Shown in pieces: positions 38,466 to 53,064 of a stretch of DNA of 64,000 nucleotides (positions are counted from its first letter, which is position 1; each line of letters opens with the position of its first letter). The notes under the pieces are model-generated. The model worked only from the letters and a program-made list of their open reading frames with translations, searched no databases and had not been told where the DNA came from. The stretch comes from Octopus vulgaris (taxonomy: Eukaryota), in contig OX597820.1 in assembly GCA_951406725.2 (NCBI GenBank), forward strand, positions 29,760,001 to 29,824,000. Direction: 5' to 3'. The translations under genes were made by a program, and so were the position numbers.

Positions 38466-38667
38466 CAAAATGCCCAGCACCATTTCGACTGCCTTTACGT
38501 TCTGGGTTCAAATTCTGCCGAGTTCGACTTTGCATTTCATCCTTTCGGGGTCAATGAAATAAGTACCACTCGAACACTGGAGTTGATGCAATGGACTACT
38601 CCCCACCCCATTACTCCCATCATAAAATTTTAGGCCTTCTGCGTATAGTAGTCAGGATTATCATTAT

Positions 38668-39539
38668 TATTACCTCCACCAAGGAAGGAGGTTATGTTTT
38701 CATTGGCGTTGGTTTGTCGGTCTGTGTGCAAAACAACTCAAAAAGTGGTGATCCCTAATATATGCAAACACTTGATTCTCAGCCCTCCCCCCATCACCAC
38801 CACCCAACATCACTCCTCCACTCCCTTCCCACCCTTAAACTAATTTACAACCACCTATTTGATGAAACTTACAGAAAAAGTTGGTAATGATACAAGGAAC
38901 AGATGAGTAGTGATCCGGGAATTTTTATGGATTCTTGAAGGGTTTTTATATTTGTTATATTCACTTTACATGAAGTATTACAACGTTACGTTCTTTGATT
39001 ATCTCCCTTGAAAACACATCGTTTACGCGTAACCTATGGTGGCGTTGCTGTTTAGAGACAGTGTTGATGATGATGATGGTCGAGATAAATATGGAAGGAG
39101 GATAAAATAGTATCGGTGGTTATAATGGCGACAGGAGTGGTGTGATGTGTGATGCTGAGGTGATGGTGGTGATAGTGGTGTTGATGATAGTGTTAGTTGT
39201 GTGATGGTGGTATTGCAGTGGTTATACTGGTTCTGGTGGTGAAAGTGACTGTCAAGGTAGCCTTCATGATAACATTGATGGAGATGTATGTGGTTGAAGT
39301 GGAAGCAATTACAATGCTGCTGATGATGTTGGTGGGTGTGAACTGTTTCAGATGATTCCTGTTTTTAAAGGTCTCTTTTCTTAAAATCATATGGCTGTGT
39401 TATTATTTTTTACCCCGCCAAGGAGGTTATATTTTTGCCGGCGTTGGTTTGGGAAATTGGGCGATTTTCAGCATGCGTGTATATGGGTAGAAATGAGCTA
39501 CTTGGCGGAGGTCTGCGCTCACCGAATGATTTTCTAGTT
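38668..39539 (+). mobile_element. Helentron-associated non-autonomous element(s) (HINE/DINE-1-like)
   Basis: 5' motifs TACCTCCACCAAGG..GGTTATGTTTT (38671) and TACCCCGCCAAGGAGGTTAT (39411); subterminal inverted copy CTTGGCGGAGGT (39501-39512); end TTTTCTAGTT. Confidence 0.6.
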
Positions 39540-39558
39540 ATTATTTTTTTCTTATTAT

Positions 39559-40110
39559 TGAGTGAGAGAGCAGTGCATGCCATCAAAGTGACACTGGGGT
39601 AAAATATACGAAAACCAGTATACCCATCATGACTACCCGTCTGATAAGGGTACACCAGGCACATGTATCACAACAATGTGTGCACGACATGGTGATCTCA
39701 TATCAAGACAAAGAGCATTTGACCTTGCAGATGGGGCCCAGTTAGAATTTTCTTCTGGTCCAGTAATTCATCCCGCTCAAAAGGTCCCTGAATAAGGGTT
39801 GTTTAAGGATGTTGAACGAAACATCCATGTTTCCAGAGGTGAATTATTCAAACCCCAAAGAATCCCTCTCAATACATGGCTATGATGCTCCCCCACTAAT
39901 TCTGCTCGTGATCAGAGATGCACATATCGTCAGCCACTAAGGGACATGCTCAACTAGTTAAGGTCAAACAACTGGACAAGCAAATCTGTGGTATTGAGCA
40001 GAATATTTGCTGTAGCCCATCTTTTATACCAAGACAAAACAATGTACATAACACTTTTAATCAGTTAAGATCAGAAGCCACGAGAGCCGCTGCCTGGTAC
40101 TGTATCAGGG

Positions 40111-40115
<5 letters not shown>
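39559..40115. mobile_element. ~555-bp interspersed non-coding element embedded in (TTA)n, copy 2
   Basis: Collinear with 11701-12235 and has identical termini (TGAGTGAGAGAGCAGTGCATG ... TGTATCAGGG.ATTT). Confidence 0.8.
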
Positions 40116-40177
<62 letters not shown>

Positions 40178-40237
40178 CACCATTATCATCATTATTATTA
40201 TTATCACCATTATCATCATCATCATCATTATTATTAC

Positions 40238-40283
<46 letters not shown>

Positions 40284-40511
40284 GTCAAGGCAGCGAGCTG
40301 GCTAGAATCGTTAGCAGACCGGACAAAAGTTTTGGCCGAATTTCTTCCGGATTTACGTTCTGAATTCAAATTCCGTCAAGGGTCAACTTTGCCTGTTATC
40401 CTTTCGAAATCGATCAAATAAGTACCAGTTGAGTCGTGGGGGGAGGGGGGGCGATGTGATCAACTTACTCCTCCCCCTAAAAATTGCTGACCTTGTGCCA
40501 AAATTGTACCG

Positions 40512-40543
<32 letters not shown>

Positions 40544-40644
40544 GCTGTTATTATCATTGCTGCTGTTGTTGTTCTTGTTGTTAATTCATTATTGATTCAC
40601 ATCTTCCATTCCTCAGAAATTATGCGAGTTTGCATTTCTTCGCA

Positions 40645-40959
40645 ACTATCATCATCATCATCATCATCACCAGCTTCATCTCTCTCATCATCACCACCAT
40701 TACTACCACCACCACCACCACCACCACCACCACCACCACCACCATCATTATCGTCATCATCATCATCACCATCTTCATCTCCCTCATCATCATCATCACC
40801 ACCACCATCATCATCATCATCATCATCTCCCGCACCACCACCACCACCACCACCGCCATCATCATCATCATCATCGTCGTCGTCGTCGTCATCATCATCA
40901 TCATCATCATCATCAGCTTCATCTCCCTCATCATCACCACCACTACTACCACCACCACC

Positions 40960-40993
<34 letters not shown>

Positions 40994-41025
40994 CCATCTT
41001 CATCTCCCTCATCATCATCATCACC

Positions 41026-41059
<34 letters not shown>

Positions 41060-41165
41060 TCATCTCCCGCACTACCACAACCACCACCACCACCACCACC
41101 ACCACCACCACCACCACCATCATCATCATCATCGTCGTCGTCGTCGTCGTCATCATCATCATCGT
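40645..41165. repeat. Compound CAT/CAC/CGT trinucleotide tract, duplicated as a ~245-bp higher-order unit
   Basis: Landmarks CAGCTTCATCTC (40670, 40913), TCTCCCGCAC (~40826, ~41063) and (TCG)n (~40873, ~41132). Confidence 0.85.
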
Positions 41166-41371
41166 TACAATCAATACCTGTTTCACATTATTTATTTATG
41201 TATACAAGTCCATGTATTTACATATTTTCCCTAATTTTATAAACTTTGTCGTCGTCGTCGTCGTTGTGGTTGCTGCTATTCAGCCCTAGGCTAGGTATGA
41301 CTATGCAAACCTATGATCAAAGATATTCCAGTCACGTTCATCCTGCCATCATCATATGTTAATGTGTAGGT

Positions 41372-41374
<3 letters not shown>

Positions 41375-41428
<54 letters not shown>

Positions 41429-41732
41429 TGTTTGTATGTGTGTGTATATATGTGTGTGTGTGCATTTATGCGTGCATGTGGATGCATTTATAACATATGC
41501 CCCATGCAGATATATTTGTAGACATGGCTACATGTATGTATGTGTTTATGTGTATCTCTATATCATACATGGCTGTGTGCATACGGATGTATGTATATAT
41601 ATGTATGTATGTATGTACATAAGTCTGTTAGTTACCATTTATCTATTTACGCATGTATACATACATACAGACAGACAGACATATACACATACATACATGC
41701 ATACATACATACATGCATACGTACATACACAC

Positions 41733-41812
<80 letters not shown>

Positions 41813-41847
41813 GTCTGTCAGCCTATCTTTCTTTGTGTTTGTATATA

Positions 41848-41899
<52 letters not shown>

Positions 41900-41924
41900 T
41901 GTATGCATGTCCCTCTCTCTCTCC

Positions 41925-41971
<47 letters not shown>

Positions 41972-43015
41972 TAAATACATTAATATAATACAAATACACA
42001 CAAACACACCTATATATTTATTTTTTGTGCGCGTATGTTTGCTTTTCTCCGTGTGTATGTGTATGTGTGTGCATGTGTGTTTGTTTGTGTGTGTGCGCGC
42101 GCGCACGTTCGAGTATGTGTGTGTGTATGTGTGTTCGCATATTTGAATACACGTGTCGATCCCAATTATATGCAAACACTTGATTCTCATCCCTGCCACC
42201 ACCACCACACCACCACCACCACCACCACCACACCACCACCACCCAAAATCTCTCCTCCGCTCCCTTCCCACCCTTAAACTAATTTACAACCACCTATCAC
42301 CACCACTACCACCACAACCACCACCTCCACCACCACCATTACCCCTACCAAAAAAAAAAAAAAAAAAAGGAAGCAACCTCCATCAAGTCTCTCTAATGGA
42401 CATTACCATTGTCTCCATCTCGAAAAAAATTCTTCAGCTGCAAATACCCTACTAGACGGCGGACACCCGCCAAATTTATGCATCAATGAATTACGTTTTC
42501 ATACACAAGCATTCTTCCCCGTTCGATTACCAACCAAACCAATAGACTCATTCATAAGCATTCCTACTGAATGACATTGAAACTCATCAAACTTGATTAT
42601 TATTGTTATTATTATTTTTCTAATCACAAAACCTATACGCATCCTTATATATATACTATAATTGATCTTCCCCCATCAGACACACCCCTACACACCCTTA
42701 ACTAACCCACAGCAAAATCACGATTTTGAAATGAAAGCAAATACAAATGAAAAAATATCTTGCAATAAATATAAGTCAATAACCGACCACATCACACAAA
42801 TCCCTTCACTCTTCAGAGCCAAATAATTTTATCTGCCATTAACAAAACAAATAAATAAATTAATAAATAAATAAACAAATGTATTCAAGAATTTCTGCCG
42901 GATTAAAAATGCTAGTCGCTGTGAGGCACTGAATCTTCCGTTACACACGCATACAAAATAGATAGATGTATTATACATATTTACGCATGTATACATACAT
43001 ACATACATACATACA

Positions 43016-43049
<34 letters not shown>

Positions 43050-43446
43050 CAGACAGTCATATACACATTCATATATACATACATACATATATACAGACAG
43101 TCATATACACATTCATATATACATACATGCATACGTACATACATACACACATACATATATGCATGCATGCATGTATATATAAATTTATACATACATACAT
43201 ATATACATACATACATACATGCATGCATACATACGTACATACATACATACATACATAATACATACATGCATACATACATGCATACATACATGCATACATA
43301 CATACATACATGCATGCATACATACATACATACATACATACATACATACATACATACATACATACATACATAGCATGGAAAGCGGACGTTAAATGATGAT
43401 GATGATGATGATGATACATACATACATACATACATACATACATACA

Positions 43447-43478
<32 letters not shown>

Positions 43479-43510
43479 AGCATGCATGCATACAAACACA
43501 TGTGCATATA
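41375..43510. repeat. Compound microsatellite field (TG, TATC, TA, CAC, TACA)
   Basis: Directly visible simple repeats. Confidence 0.9.
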
Positions 43511-43749
43511 GAATTTATTTAAACCAATTCAAGAACCTATATTCTAGGGTTTACTGGACGTGTAATCTATGAGCCAGACTGGATTTACTTGTAAGCGATC
43601 CCTTTTGTTGCTGTCTGAGGAACCGACATCACGCTGGAGAAACTGTAGAGTAACAGGCTACTGAATCAACGCAAATAAACTATTACACTCGACCGAGATA
43701 CTGAATACTTTTTCTCTCCTCTGCTACAACCAATGTATGCACGAGGCCA

Positions 43750-43902
43750 TATATCTGTCCAAAAATCAAATCCCACTTTAAAGGAACAAGATTTCAAGAC
43801 AGCGAGGAAATCCAAGAGAATGCAACGAGGCTGCTGCTCGTTATCCTCAAAGAAAGAGTTCCATGAATGCTTTCATGAATGGAAACGACGCTGGATAAAG
43901 AT
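43750..43902 (+). mobile_element. Mariner transposase C-terminal fragment
   Basis: PKIKSHFKGTRFQDSEEIQENATR.L..I.KKEFHECFHEWKRRWIK (one frameshift). Confidence 0.7.
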
Positions 43903-44724
43903 AACCCTAACCCTAAAACCAGTACAAACGCACGAACGATGTCATAAATAACAGTGACAAACGAAATGTACCCCGCCGATAGTTGTTGTTGACAAACAAC
44001 GGCAAGTAATTTTATTCAGCTGAGTACACGTCATTGATTGGTTGAAATTACCGAAATACGACAACTTTAACAAAAAATAACTTCCAAAATATAGAATTTT
44101 CTCAACAACGCCAAGAGTGAAAGATGTTTTATATGACACATTCAACAAGTATACGAAGTTTGAAAGTATTTAGTGACAAAAAATTATTTTTTAAATCTGT
44201 CGGTCAAAAGGTAAGATCCAACTTCGCTAATAACTAGACAAATGTTGATTAAAAAAAAAAGAAAAGAAAACGGTGATTTTAACTAACAGCATTCAATTAT
44301 TAAATATACGTATTTGGAATGAATAAATAAAATTGAATATTAAACATTAATGGAAATTTTATTTACTCTCGGGTGACTTTTGGCCAAACCTGTACATTGA
44401 TGTTAATGCGTGTGATTTGAAGATGTAGCTGATATTTGTTCTGCCAGTTCGCCGCCTTACAATGAATACCAATATTCAAAAAATAAAATGGAAAATAAAT
44501 TAAATAAAATTTGATAAAACAAATTTTTCATTTGCATATCTCTTTGCATATTCTCTATCATTTATTCCCCCTCTTCCTTTCCGTGCCGCCAAGCCTAGTA
44601 CATACATTCATTCTGCATCTCTTTATGGTAATTCTCGATGTATCTCTGTTTCACTTTCCTTCTCTCTCTGTCTCTGTCTCTCTCTTCTCCTCTCTCTCTC
44701 TCTCTCGCCCTCATTTTATACTAG

Positions 44725-44809
44725 GCAAGGGAAGCCTTCCTTTGAGAAGTGAGTGGCATGAGAGATGGATCATCATCAAGCGGCTCGCACTACTGGAAAA
44801 AGATTCAAG
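44725..44809 (+). other. Candidate 85-bp exon, gene unidentified
   Basis: CT-rich tract then TAG acceptor at 44722-24; AAG|GTAATT donor; open frame KGSLPLRSEWHERWIIIKRLALLEKDS. Confidence 0.3.
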
Positions 44810-45137
44810 GTAATTTTTCCGTTGGTGTGCCATTCAGAAAGTCCTGTGGGTCGTAGTTTGCAGAGACTCCATCATTACGATGTAAGGAGTGACTGGTGAA
44901 TTCAGCAAAATATTTATTTATATTGGGTATTAACATGTCTGTCAGCCTGTCATTTTCTCTCTCTCTCTGTCTCTCTCTCTGTCTCTCCCTTTTTCTCTCT
45001 ATTTCCCTCTCTCTCTCTCTCTCTCTCTGTACACACACCCACACAGTCGCACGCGCGCATACATACATGCACACACATATATTTAGATAGATAGATAGAT
45101 TGTTAGAGAGATAGACAGACATGCAGACAGACAAATC

Positions 45138-45212
<75 letters not shown>

Positions 45213-45315
45213 GGACACACAGGCAGACAGACAGATAGATAAGCAGACAGATTGACAGACAGACAGATAGATAGATAGATACATACATACATACATAAAC
45301 AGACAGATAGATAGG

Positions 45316-45351
<36 letters not shown>

Positions 45352-45360
45352 TAGACAGAC

Positions 45361-45427
<67 letters not shown>

Positions 45428-46699
45428 AAGAAAGATAGATATAGTATATTTTGTGTGTACATATAGATACACGACAGCTACTGTTGTGTGTAGAGCTCCA
45501 CGTACATTATTATCATCCAGTCTGCTTCCAGCATAGCGGTTAGTTATGATATGCAGAGCAAATGTCGGAGAAATTACGATAAACACAATTTTATATCATT
45601 TGTCTCTACGTCCGTTTAACCACTGTGGTTCGTTGGTATGTTGTATTGGATGTTCCGGCTGCAATTGGATAATTCACCACAACGTATCATCGGAGGACAC
45701 TTTATTACATTATATTACAGAGAACTAAAAGTCTCTTTACGTAAACTTGTGCTTATCGTAAATTTTCACGCATGTGTGTGAGCGTGCGTGCGTGCGTGTG
45801 TGTGTACAAGAAAAGGTGCAAAACAACTCATACAGAAAAGAATGAAATGTAAATTAATTGAAACTAAACCTTATCAAGCAACGATCTTGATTTTACGATT
45901 CACCGGCAATAAAAGTCATTCAAGCACTTTTGTATTTGTAGAAGAAATATATAAACGATAAATGAATTAATACAAACTGAATAAAACATGTTGACAATCC
46001 ACATTAACATTACAGAACCATACATTATTATTATACAATAAATTTGCCCGCTTGGAAAATTACGATTTTTGACGATAAAAATGTTGAATGTGATGTGTAT
46101 GCTAACAAATGAATTTTTGATGCATTTCGAGCGCAAATAATTATGCTACTAAGCTGCTTAGCGTTCAACCTTTAAGCATTTAAAGATATCTCAGCAAATA
46201 TTTTGATTCCTGGTGGCAAAGATACATGGTGTTTAAAACAAAATATCCATTTTTTTTTTCAGAAAGACAAACATCACAGCTTCTGTTACCTTATTTACAA
46301 GGTTTGGCCTTATCTAATCTTTACCAAATGATTTTATAGCTCAATCTATTATCATTTCTTCAAAATCAGATTTACTTCTACAAACTTGAATCTAAAGGTC
46401 TTTCAGGTTTTCTAAGAGAATGTTGATGGTGACTGAATCTTAATTTAAAAGGATTTGCGGTGAAACCGATATGGTCTTTAGAAGTAATTTCGTAAATAAT
46501 TTCGCACATTAGACTATCAATTTCCAAGCGTATAAATTAGCTTATGGACAATTTACGGGAGTGAATTAGTTGCAGAAATGGGGAAACTTGTAGAAAAAGA
46601 TGCCCGTTTAAGATTTTCACTTTAGCATTTTTCTTACCCTGGTTCACAAATGTAGGCATAGGGTCGTATCCCACACCTGACAGATAATTTTAGGTGCTG

Positions 46700-46854
46700 A
46701 TATAGATGTGTGGTTAAGAAGCTCGTTTAGCAACCACGTGATTTCGCCTTCAGTCCCATTGCGTGGCATTTATGGTAAATGTCTATTATTATAGCACCAG
46801 GTCGACAAATGCCTTGGGAGTGAATTTGGAAGATGGAAACTGGGCGGAAACTCG

Positions 46855-46894
<40 letters not shown>

Positions 46895-47240
46895 CTCAGT
46901 GGTTAGAGCGTCGAGCTTACGATCGTGAGGTTGTGAGTTCGAATCCCGGACCGGGCTGCGTGTTGTGTTCCCGTTGCTCCAGTTCACTCAGCTGTAGAAA
47001 TGAGTTGCGACGTTACAGGTGCCAAGCTGTATCGGCCTTTCTCTTGGATAACAGTGGTGGCGTGGAGAGGGGAGGCCGGTATGCATAGGCGACTGCTGGT
47101 CTTCCATAAACAACCTTGCCTGGACTTGTGCCTGGGATGGTAACTTTCTAGGTGCAATCCCACGGTCAGTCATGACCAAAGGGGGTCTCAGCATATATAT
47201 ATATATATATATACATATATACACATACACATACATACAC

Positions 47241-47271
<31 letters not shown>

Positions 47272-47420
47272 TGTATGTATGTATGTATGTATGTATGTGG
47301 ATGTGTTTGTGTTTGTTTCCCCAACACGTGACAAACAATGTTGGTTTGTTTACGTCCCTGTAACTTAGCGGTTCGGCAAGACCAACCGATAGAATAAGTG
47401 CTATTCTTTTTTAAAAAATC
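46700..47420 (+). mobile_element. Old SINE family A with a different tRNA-SINE (46893-47190) nested in its (TA)n
   Basis: Head at 46700-46858, tail at 47300-47420; the insert has GCTCAGTGGTTAGAGCG and GAGTTCGAATCCC A/B boxes. Confidence 0.75.
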
Positions 47421-47879
47421 GGCTAAACCTTTCAAAGTGGTACTTTTTCTTTTTCTTCTTTTTTTTCTTTTTTACTATCAGCTGTTGCTAAGCAACGCCT
47501 GAGCTGCTTGGAGACCATAATTGTAAGCATTAGGGATTAAACCAAACTTGTTTAAAAAATATTATCTCCTCAGAATGCCAACGTCGTTGTCAAGTCTCTC
47601 TCCACCCCACCTCTCTCTCCCTCCCTCCCTCCCTCCCTCCCTCTCTCCCTCCCTCACTTCCTCTGTTTCTTTCTTTCTCTTAGTACTCAGTCACTGACCT
47701 CTCGACAGATTGATGACAGCTTGAGAATTTATTTAGAGAAACCTCTATCTGTAGACAGGGGTTTGTCCAGGTCACATATGTGCTCAGAATATGGAATTGT
47801 TTTCTGTTTGGGGTAGAGTAGAAACATTTCATTGCAGACCTTTTTGTAATGGAAGTCATAGAATTGTGAGTGTGTGTGT

Positions 47880-47915
<36 letters not shown>

Positions 47916-48021
47916 ATGTATATATGTATGTGTGTGTGTGTGTGTGCATACGTGCGCATGTATAAATACAGATAATCAAATAAATATTTTAATAGATTAA
48001 TATATTTACTTGCGCTTGACA

Positions 48022-48161
<140 letters not shown>

Positions 48162-48308
48162 GTTTGAGTGCAGGAGAGGAACCCAATCAACTCAATTATA
48201 TTTTAATTACTATTTATTTAAGAATAAATTGTCGGCAAATCTGTCTTGACTTTCAGATCAAATAGGTTGAAAAAGATTCACGTACCTCCACCCTCCTTCT
48301 CTCTCTCG

Positions 48309-48340
<32 letters not shown>

Positions 48341-48844
48341 TTCTCTCTCTCTCACTCTCTCTTTCTCTCTTTCTCTCTCTCTCTCTCTCTTTCTCTCTTT
48401 CTCTTTCTCTCTCTTTCTCTCTTTCACTCTCTCTTTCTCTCTCTTGCTCAATCGATCTCTAGTGATCATTATTGCCCTTCCTATTTATCCTATTTATTTA
48501 ACCCCAGGCTCCAGACATCCCTTTGCTGGCCTATAAATATCCATGACATTAAAATTATCCTCTGTTTTTTTCTTTCCTTTCTTCCCCTCACCCTTTCTTT
48601 TATTGGCGTTCATATTTTTTTATCTTTCATATTTCATAGCGAAAGTGAGATCGATCGTGTTTACCTTGTCTTTCAGATAGCTGTGTGGACAGAACAGGAT
48701 CTACTTGTTCAAATCACATTCTACTTGTTCAGATCTCGTTCAGATCACATTCGGTTAAAATAGCGCTTTCTACGTGGTTTTGTTCTAAAGGAGAGATCAC
48801 CTGTACTAAGTCATCTTTTTCACATCTATTTTTTAAAAATATTT

Positions 48845-49042
48845 TATCTTTTACTTGTTTTACTCATTACTCTACGGCCATGCTGGGGCAATCGCCTTGA
48901 AGAATTTTTACTAGAAAGAAATCTACCTCAACGTTTTTTTAAAAGCCTGGTTCTTATTCTATCTACTAAGTTACGGGGCCGTAAACACACCTACACCGAT
49001 TGTCAAGCGGTGATGAAGGACAAATATACACATATGCACAAA

Positions 49043-49073
<31 letters not shown>

Positions 49074-49230
49074 ACACCGGCTTCTTTTAGTCCCCATCTA
49101 CCAAATCCATTCACAAGGCTTTGGTCGGCCCAGGCTACAGTAGAAGACACTTACCCAAGGTACTAGGCAGTGGAGCTGAACCCGGAACCATCTGGTTGGG
49201 AAGCAAGCTCCTTACCACACAGCCACGCTT
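48845..49230 (-). mobile_element. SINE family A
   Basis: Reverse match to the family consensus. Confidence 0.8.
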
Positions 49231-49500
49231 CCTTAAAATTTTGATGAGCAAGAACAGGTCTTTTATCAAGTCACAAAGTTCTTTTTCCCTGACTCCTAAA
49301 CAATGCCCAGGTTTTAGCACCATACCAGAGGATGGACAGGACGGCTACTCTCGAGATCTTGCACTCAATTCTGGTGAAAACATTATGTATGGTCCTTGGC
49401 AGTAGCCAAGAATAGTCATTCAAATACCATGTTGGCCTATTCCATCTTATTTTGTCACTTAATATCAATAAACCCATCTTTCGATATTGTAATGCCAAGA
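49230..49500 (-). mobile_element. RTE LINE fragment, decayed
   Basis: KISRVAVLSILWYGAKTWAL resembles the RTE post-RT motif K...Y...V.S.LLYG.ETW.L. Confidence 0.55.
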
Positions 49501-50002
49501 TATTTATAAAGTCTTGCACGGTTTTCAGATTAAGGCTATCGACTCTGAAACTTTGTTGACATAGAAATTGACACCTCTGTCTTCTTGATGTTTATCTTGA
49601 GAGCATTTATTTTGTTCCTGTCCTGGGCATAACCAATTTATTCCACACGTGCGTGCGCACACACACACACGCGCACACAGACATACACACAAACAAACAA
49701 ACAAACAAGCAAACAAAGAGAGAGAGAGAGAGAGAGAAAGGGACTTGCATTCTCTCTATAATATATATATATACATATATATACATATATGTATACATGT
49801 ATATATCTATATATACATATATGTATATATATACATACATATATAACTATCGTTACATATATACATGAATATCTGTGTGTGTGTGTGTGTATGTGTGTGT
49901 GTGCGTGTGTGCATAAAGGTATATGTATATATGTATTCTTTTAGTCATTGAACTGCGGTCATGCTGGGACATAGCCTTGAAGAATTGTATATATATATAT
50001 AT

Positions 50003-50034
<32 letters not shown>

Positions 50035-50138
50035 TATATATATATATGTGTGTGTGTATGTGTGTGTGTGTATGCGTGTGTATGTATGTATGTATATATG
50101 TTTATATATATATGTATGTATGTATATATGTTTATATA

Positions 50139-50185
<47 letters not shown>

Positions 50186-50233
50186 TGATATATGTGTGTG
50201 TGTGTTTGTAGGTATATGCAAAGAAAGATAGAA

Positions 50234-50264
<31 letters not shown>

Positions 50265-50319
50265 AAAGGGGGGAGAGAAAAAGAAAGAGGAACAAAAAGA
50301 AACCATCTTCCTAGTCATG

Positions 50320-50359
<40 letters not shown>

Positions 50360-50515
50360 AAATGAAGAAAATGCTGACAAATAATTGAAGTAATTTAAGT
50401 AATTTAATATATATATATATATATAATATTATATTATACTATATCATATTATATATTTTATTATATTATATATTATATATTATATATTATATTATATTAT
50501 ATTATATTAAATATA

Positions 50516-50592
<77 letters not shown>

Positions 50593-51079
50593 ATATAAAA
50601 GAAAAACGTGGTCGTTATTATATCAGCATATAACTTCTTCTTCCGTTATCTCCGAGAAAAGGAAAAAACGGCATTAATTTCTTTACATGTTCATTGGCTT
50701 AACCGTGATCATCACAGGAGGTCCTGTATGTTGATTCACTGTCACAGCTGTCTGTGTCGTTAGCGTTATCGATTTTAAATCTTGCTGCTGCTACGGCTAC
50801 TGCTGATGTCACTGAATGTTGTTAGTGGTGCTGCTGTTGCTGCTGTTGTTATTGCTGCTGATAATACTACTGTTGTTGCTGTTACTGAATCTTCTGGAAG
50901 TGCGGCTGATGGTTGTACTTCTAATACAAAGCGGTAAAACAAAATTTGCACAGAAAAGATGAACGTCTTTGCTACCGAAGTGAATACGACTGAGCACGAG
51001 CAAAAAATATTTTTTACTCGTTTCAGTCATTGGACAGCGGTCATATGGGGCGCCGCTTTGAAGTTATTCAGTCGTTCGA

Positions 51080-51496
51080 AAGGCGGCGAGCTGGCAGACA
51101 CGTTAGCGCGCCGGGCGAAATGCTTAACAGTATTTCGTCTGTCGTTACGTTCTGAGTTCAAATTCCGCCGAGGTCGACTTTGCCTTTCATCCTTTCGGGG
51201 TCGATAAATAAAGTACCAGTTACGCACTGGAGTCAATGTAATAGACTTAATCCGTTTGTCTGTCCTTGTTTGTCCTCTCTGTGTTTAGCCCCTTGTGGGT
51301 AGTAAAGAAATAGGTATTTCGTCTGCCGTTACGTTCTGAGTTCAAATTCTGCCGAGGTCGACTTTGCCTTTCATCCTTTCGGGGTCGATAAATAAAGTAC
51401 CAGTTTCGCACTGGGGTCGATGTAATCGACTTAATCCCTTTGTCTGTCCTTGTTTGTACCCTCTATGTTTAGCTCCTTGTGGGCAATAAAGAAATA
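51080..51496 (+). mobile_element. SINE family B dimer with single TSD, nested in a minus-strand SINE A (51010-51770)
   Basis: TSD-like TATTCAGTCGTTCGA (51065-79) / TATTCAGTCTTCGA (51499-512); internal restart at ~51313. Confidence 0.85.
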
Positions 51497-52329
51497 TATA
51501 TTCAGTCTTCGACATTTCTTCTAAGTTTGGTATTTACTCTATTGTAGAGCTCTTTTTCGCTGAACCGCTAAGCTATGGGGATGTAAAGAAACCAGTACCG
51601 GTTATCAAGTGGTGGTGGTGGTGGTGGTGGCGATGGTGGAAGAACAAATATAAAGACATGCACGCACACACATATCTATGACGGGCTTCCATATAGTTTC
51701 CGTCTACCAAATTTAGTCACAAAGCATTGGTCGGTCTGGGGGGGGGGCTATAGTAAAAGACACTTGAAGAAGAAGAAGCAGAAGAAGAAGAAGAAGAAGA
51801 AGTGTGCCCAAAACTAGTACTCTATAAATTGACCCTGAAGGAGTAAAAGGAAAAGACGACTCCAGTGGGATTTGAACTAACAGCATAGAGAACCGAAGCA
51901 AATTGTATTGGACATTCTAACAACTTTGTCAGTTCACCACCGCCAACGCCAGTACTATGCTGCAGGGAAATGGTGACCTCTCAAGTTACGGTTGATTAAA
52001 TTCAGTCGCTAACGCATTTGGAAGAGAGCAGAGATAAGATTTAAACCTTAGAGCTAAGCACCAACGCAATCTAGACAAACATAAAATAGACAGACATATG
52101 CTCACACCAAATAGCCACAACACCGTTAATAAACTCTTTATGTCTCATCTTAACGCCACCCAGAAACATTGCGCTCGGATTCACACTAGTAATATTAAGT
52201 GCAGAAGAACATCTGTCGCCCTCCAGCTGAGTTCTTCATTCTTGGCACTACTGTTAACACAACCAGAGTTTAATTTGGAGACAGTCACGAACGGACAGGA
52301 CAGTGATTCAAAAGGTTTATATATATAAT

Positions 52330-53003
52330 AGTTGCAGGCGTGGTTGTATTTTAAGAAGCTTGCTTTCCAACTACAAGGTTCGGCGCTCAGTGCCACTGAC
52401 GTCGTTCCTTGGGCAAGTGTCTTCCACTATAGCCTCTGGCCGACCAAAGCCTTGTGAGTGGATTTGGTAGATGGAAAGTGAAAGTAGCCTGTCGTATATA
52501 TATATATTGTATGATAGATTGCCGTCAATTCATTCTCTCTTACCTGTTTGTGTCTGCCTTCCAATTGCTGTGTTTTTTACTGAGATCTCCCTTTTTAGTA
52601 GAAGAAATAGCTATAACTCTTTGACTGCTATTTCTAAATTCGGTCTGTGGTAAGGCAATTCGTTGCTAAACCCTTTATTGCTTAGTATATATATATATAT
52701 ATATATATATAAATTAATTCGAGGAAGTCATATCCTCATTAGGGATTATATAATCCAAGCTATTCCACTGGTTTATCATATAATGTGAAAGTCATTGGTA
52801 TGTGTTCGGGCTTATTGAAATTACAAATATTGGGGTGGGGGGAAACAAGAAGAAAATGGAGAAAAAATGGGTGTAATTAATAATCTATTTGTATGTTACA
52901 AAATGGCGATTGTTTTTGAAAAAACATAAAATATCATCTTTTTGTAACATACAAATAAATAATTAATTATATCCATTTCTTCTCCATCTTCTTGTTTCCC
53001 CCC

Positions 53004-53064
<61 letters not shown>

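Noticed and set aside
43902-43920. TAACCCTAACCCTAA telomere-like motif
   Set aside because: Only about two and a half units, at the edge of another repeat; insufficient for an interstitial telomere call.
46893-46960. tRNA-like sequence with good A and B boxes (also 509-575, 13041-13110, 60417-60475)
   Set aside because: No acceptor stem or Pol III terminator, and each continues into a SINE body; these are SINE heads, not tRNA genes.
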